A stretch of 63,199 nucleotides of DNA, filler included, from Octopus bimaculoides (Eukaryota), in NCBI RefSeq assembly GCF_001194135.2. It is 8 parts of 8 records of this genome, joined end to end, with 100 filler letters (N's around TTAATTAATTAA, not from the genome) between each part and the next. Parts side by side here need not be neighbours in the genome. Positions count along the whole stretch, not along the records: positions 59,641 to 63,199 come from NC_068984.1; 7 more parts are not named here. One strand, given 5' to 3'. A program made the translations under genes and the position numbers. This document shows, in pieces, positions 60,920 to 63,199 of the stretch; position 1 is the first letter of the stretch; the number at the start of each line of letters is the position of its first letter. The notes under the pieces were generated by a model that was not told the origin of the DNA, did no database searches, and saw only the letters and a program-made list of their open reading frames with translations.

Positions 60920-61859
60920 TATACATATATAGATTCCCAAATGCAGAATCACTGGCTACTTGTCGTTTAATTATTCTCTGTCAGTTTTATTTTGAATGTA
61001 CATCTCTCATTGTCAATAGTCACAATGTAAAGCAAAAACACGCTATTCAACATCAGACGTTGTTACTTATATACCAGAAGCTATGCAGGCGAAAGTATAA
61101 TTTTTCAGAACAAAATATTGGAATCTATTGAATTTTGATTTGGGTTGGTTCAGTAAAATTTTTGCCAACAATAAGCCTTGAATAGTTTCAGAATTGATGG
61201 TTACACTTTAGATTGTTTTATTTTAAATAGTTCTATATATTTGTCATTTCATATAATAATTCCATGAATCCTGCTACCGACATTCTTATTTTAGTGTTTG
61301 TTTTCTATAATTTTGCTTTTTAAAATTCAACAAGTTTCAGGTACTATGACATTGTTTTAAATATACATAGTGAATAGGAATATTCTGTCTATGGAACGTA
61401 CACATATACTATTGTGTATAGCATGATGTTCTCAAAAACAGAAAAGAAATAATAATAGATGTGTAGCTTGATATAATAGAATATCTTACAACATTGTAAA
61501 ACCTTGTATACTTTACAGATATAAAAGTATTATATTTTAATGCTTTTCCCTATCCATACCTTTTCCTATATGTATATAATTTTGAAATCACACACACAAA
61601 TACGCATATACATACGCATATGTGTGTGTGTAGAAGGTAGAAAAGTAACACACGAGTTAATATGTATAAGGAAGATAAGACAGGTAGAAAGTACCAAAAC
61701 TATTTTATCATGAAGTACATTTTAGTACCGGTTTCCGTCATTTCCGGTACAAACATGTACTTTATGAAAGAATAATTTTGGCATTTTTTACCTTGTCTTA
61801 TTTTCCAGAAACAGGAAGAAAGAGTGAAAGAAAGTTGCGTGGAAAGAGTAGAGCAGGGT

Positions 61860-62008
61860 TCGCCACCCCACCACCTCCTACCGGAGCCTCTTGAAGCTTA
61901 AGGTGTTTTCGCTCAATAAAGACTCAAAACGCCCGGTCTGGGAATCGAAACCGTGATCCAACGACCGCGAGTCCGCTGCCCTAGCCAATGGGCCATTGCG
62001 CTTCCACT
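61860..62008 (-). mobile_element. SINE family C head
   Basis: Reverse complement of AGTGGAAGCGCAATGGCCCATTGGCTAGGGCAGCGGACTCGCGGTC...GGTTTCGATTCCCAGACCGGG. Confidence 0.9.
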
Positions 62009-62101
62009 ATACATATGTGTCTGTGTGTGTCTGCGTGTGTATATTTGAGTTCTTATACGTGTTTTCCATACCGAGAATCTCTATCTGCTGACTGGTTGAC
62101 C

Positions 62102-62141
<40 letters not shown>

Positions 62142-62144
62142 AGT

Positions 62145-62183
<39 letters not shown>

Positions 62184-62364
62184 TGAGAGAGTGAGGCAAA
62201 CATACAGTGAAAGGTAGATAGATAATAGATAGATACGCGTGAATGGACAAATATATATTTTCACTCACGCATAACTATCTATCCATCTATTCATCCATAT
62301 ATTTATCAATTTATCTCTGTCCCCACTACAACTCTCTCTGTATATTATATCTCTTTATTGCCCA

Positions 62365-62580
62365 CATGGAGCCAAACGCAGAGGGGACAAACAAGGACAA
62401 ACAAAGGGAATAATTTGATTACATCGATCCCCAGTGCGTAACTGGTACTTATTTAATCGACCCCGAAAGGATGAAAAGCAAAGTCGACCTCGGCGGAATT
62501 TGAACCCGGAATGTAGTGGCAGACGAAATACAGCTAAGTATATCGCCCGGCGTGCTAGCGATCCTTCCATCTCACCGCCT
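62365..62580 (-). mobile_element. SINE family B, full length
   Basis: TTTAATCGACCCCGAAAGGATGAAAAGCAAAGTCGACCTCGGCGGAATTTGAAC...CGCCCGGCGTGCTA..CATCTCACCGCC. Confidence 0.95.
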
Positions 62581-62867
62581 TTCTCTGTATATTATTTTAA
62601 AATAAACTGAAGTTACTCGCCACTCCCATATTCAGGTGAACGTTCTGACAAGGTTTCGGTGGTGTAATTATATCCTTTAGCGTGTATAAGTGCTATAGTG
62701 GTTTTTGCCTAATTGGTTTGTTATTTTTATTGATTGTGTGATGTTCTTTGGCCTCTTTATGAATCAAACCAGTCAATGTTTTTGGCATCCCTCTGATATA
62801 TATTGTTTTTAAACAAAACACGTACTTAGAGACTTTATCTTGGTCGAAAACTCCTGTAACTTGCATG

Positions 62868-63070
<203 letters not shown>

Positions 63071-63199
63071 GATCGAAATAGAGTAGAGGGAGACTTAGTT
63101 AAGAAACTAGAAGAGGCACTTACAACTGGCAGCGCAACCAACATTTTGGCTGCGAGGATGGCCCTCGACCAACACCTCAACGCCAAACACGAAGGTTGC
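63071..63199 (+). mobile_element. L1/Tx1-clade LINE ORF2 fragment (linker between endonuclease and RT), continuing beyond the window
   Basis: Open, non-repetitive frame [43 protein letters not shown], resembling the helical linker before the G..VRSR motif; the diagnostic motif lies outside the window. Confidence 0.5.

Overview
Eukaryotic, AT-rich, repeat-saturated animal DNA. The SINE families and microsatellite density look like an octopus (coleoid cephalopod) genome; this is inferred from recall and not verified. About one sixth of the window is N gaps, seven of which are artificial 100-bp scaffolding spacers containing TTAATTAATTAA. I could not identify any intact host gene, rRNA or CRISPR array. 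Most long entries in the ORF track are microsatellite or N read-throughs. The best-supported content is a graveyard of mobile elements: a full-length decayed Chapaev3-like (CMC) DNA transposon with TIRs and TAA TSD (24699-26893); four mariner remnants, one with both TIRs and split by a SINE; RTE, CR1-like, Tx1-like and REL-endonuclease LINE fragments; two solo-LTR-like insertions nested in one RTE copy; hAT and foldback MITEs; and about 25 copies of four tRNA-derived SINE families. The most interesting observations are three minimal type I hammerhead-ribozyme motifs in Penelope-like remnants (all with mutated cores), an unclassified diverged two-copy 360-380 bp repeat with codon-like substitution pattern, several long miRNA-like hairpins, two perfect RFX X-boxes carried by repeats, and unidentified candidate exons with strong splice signals.
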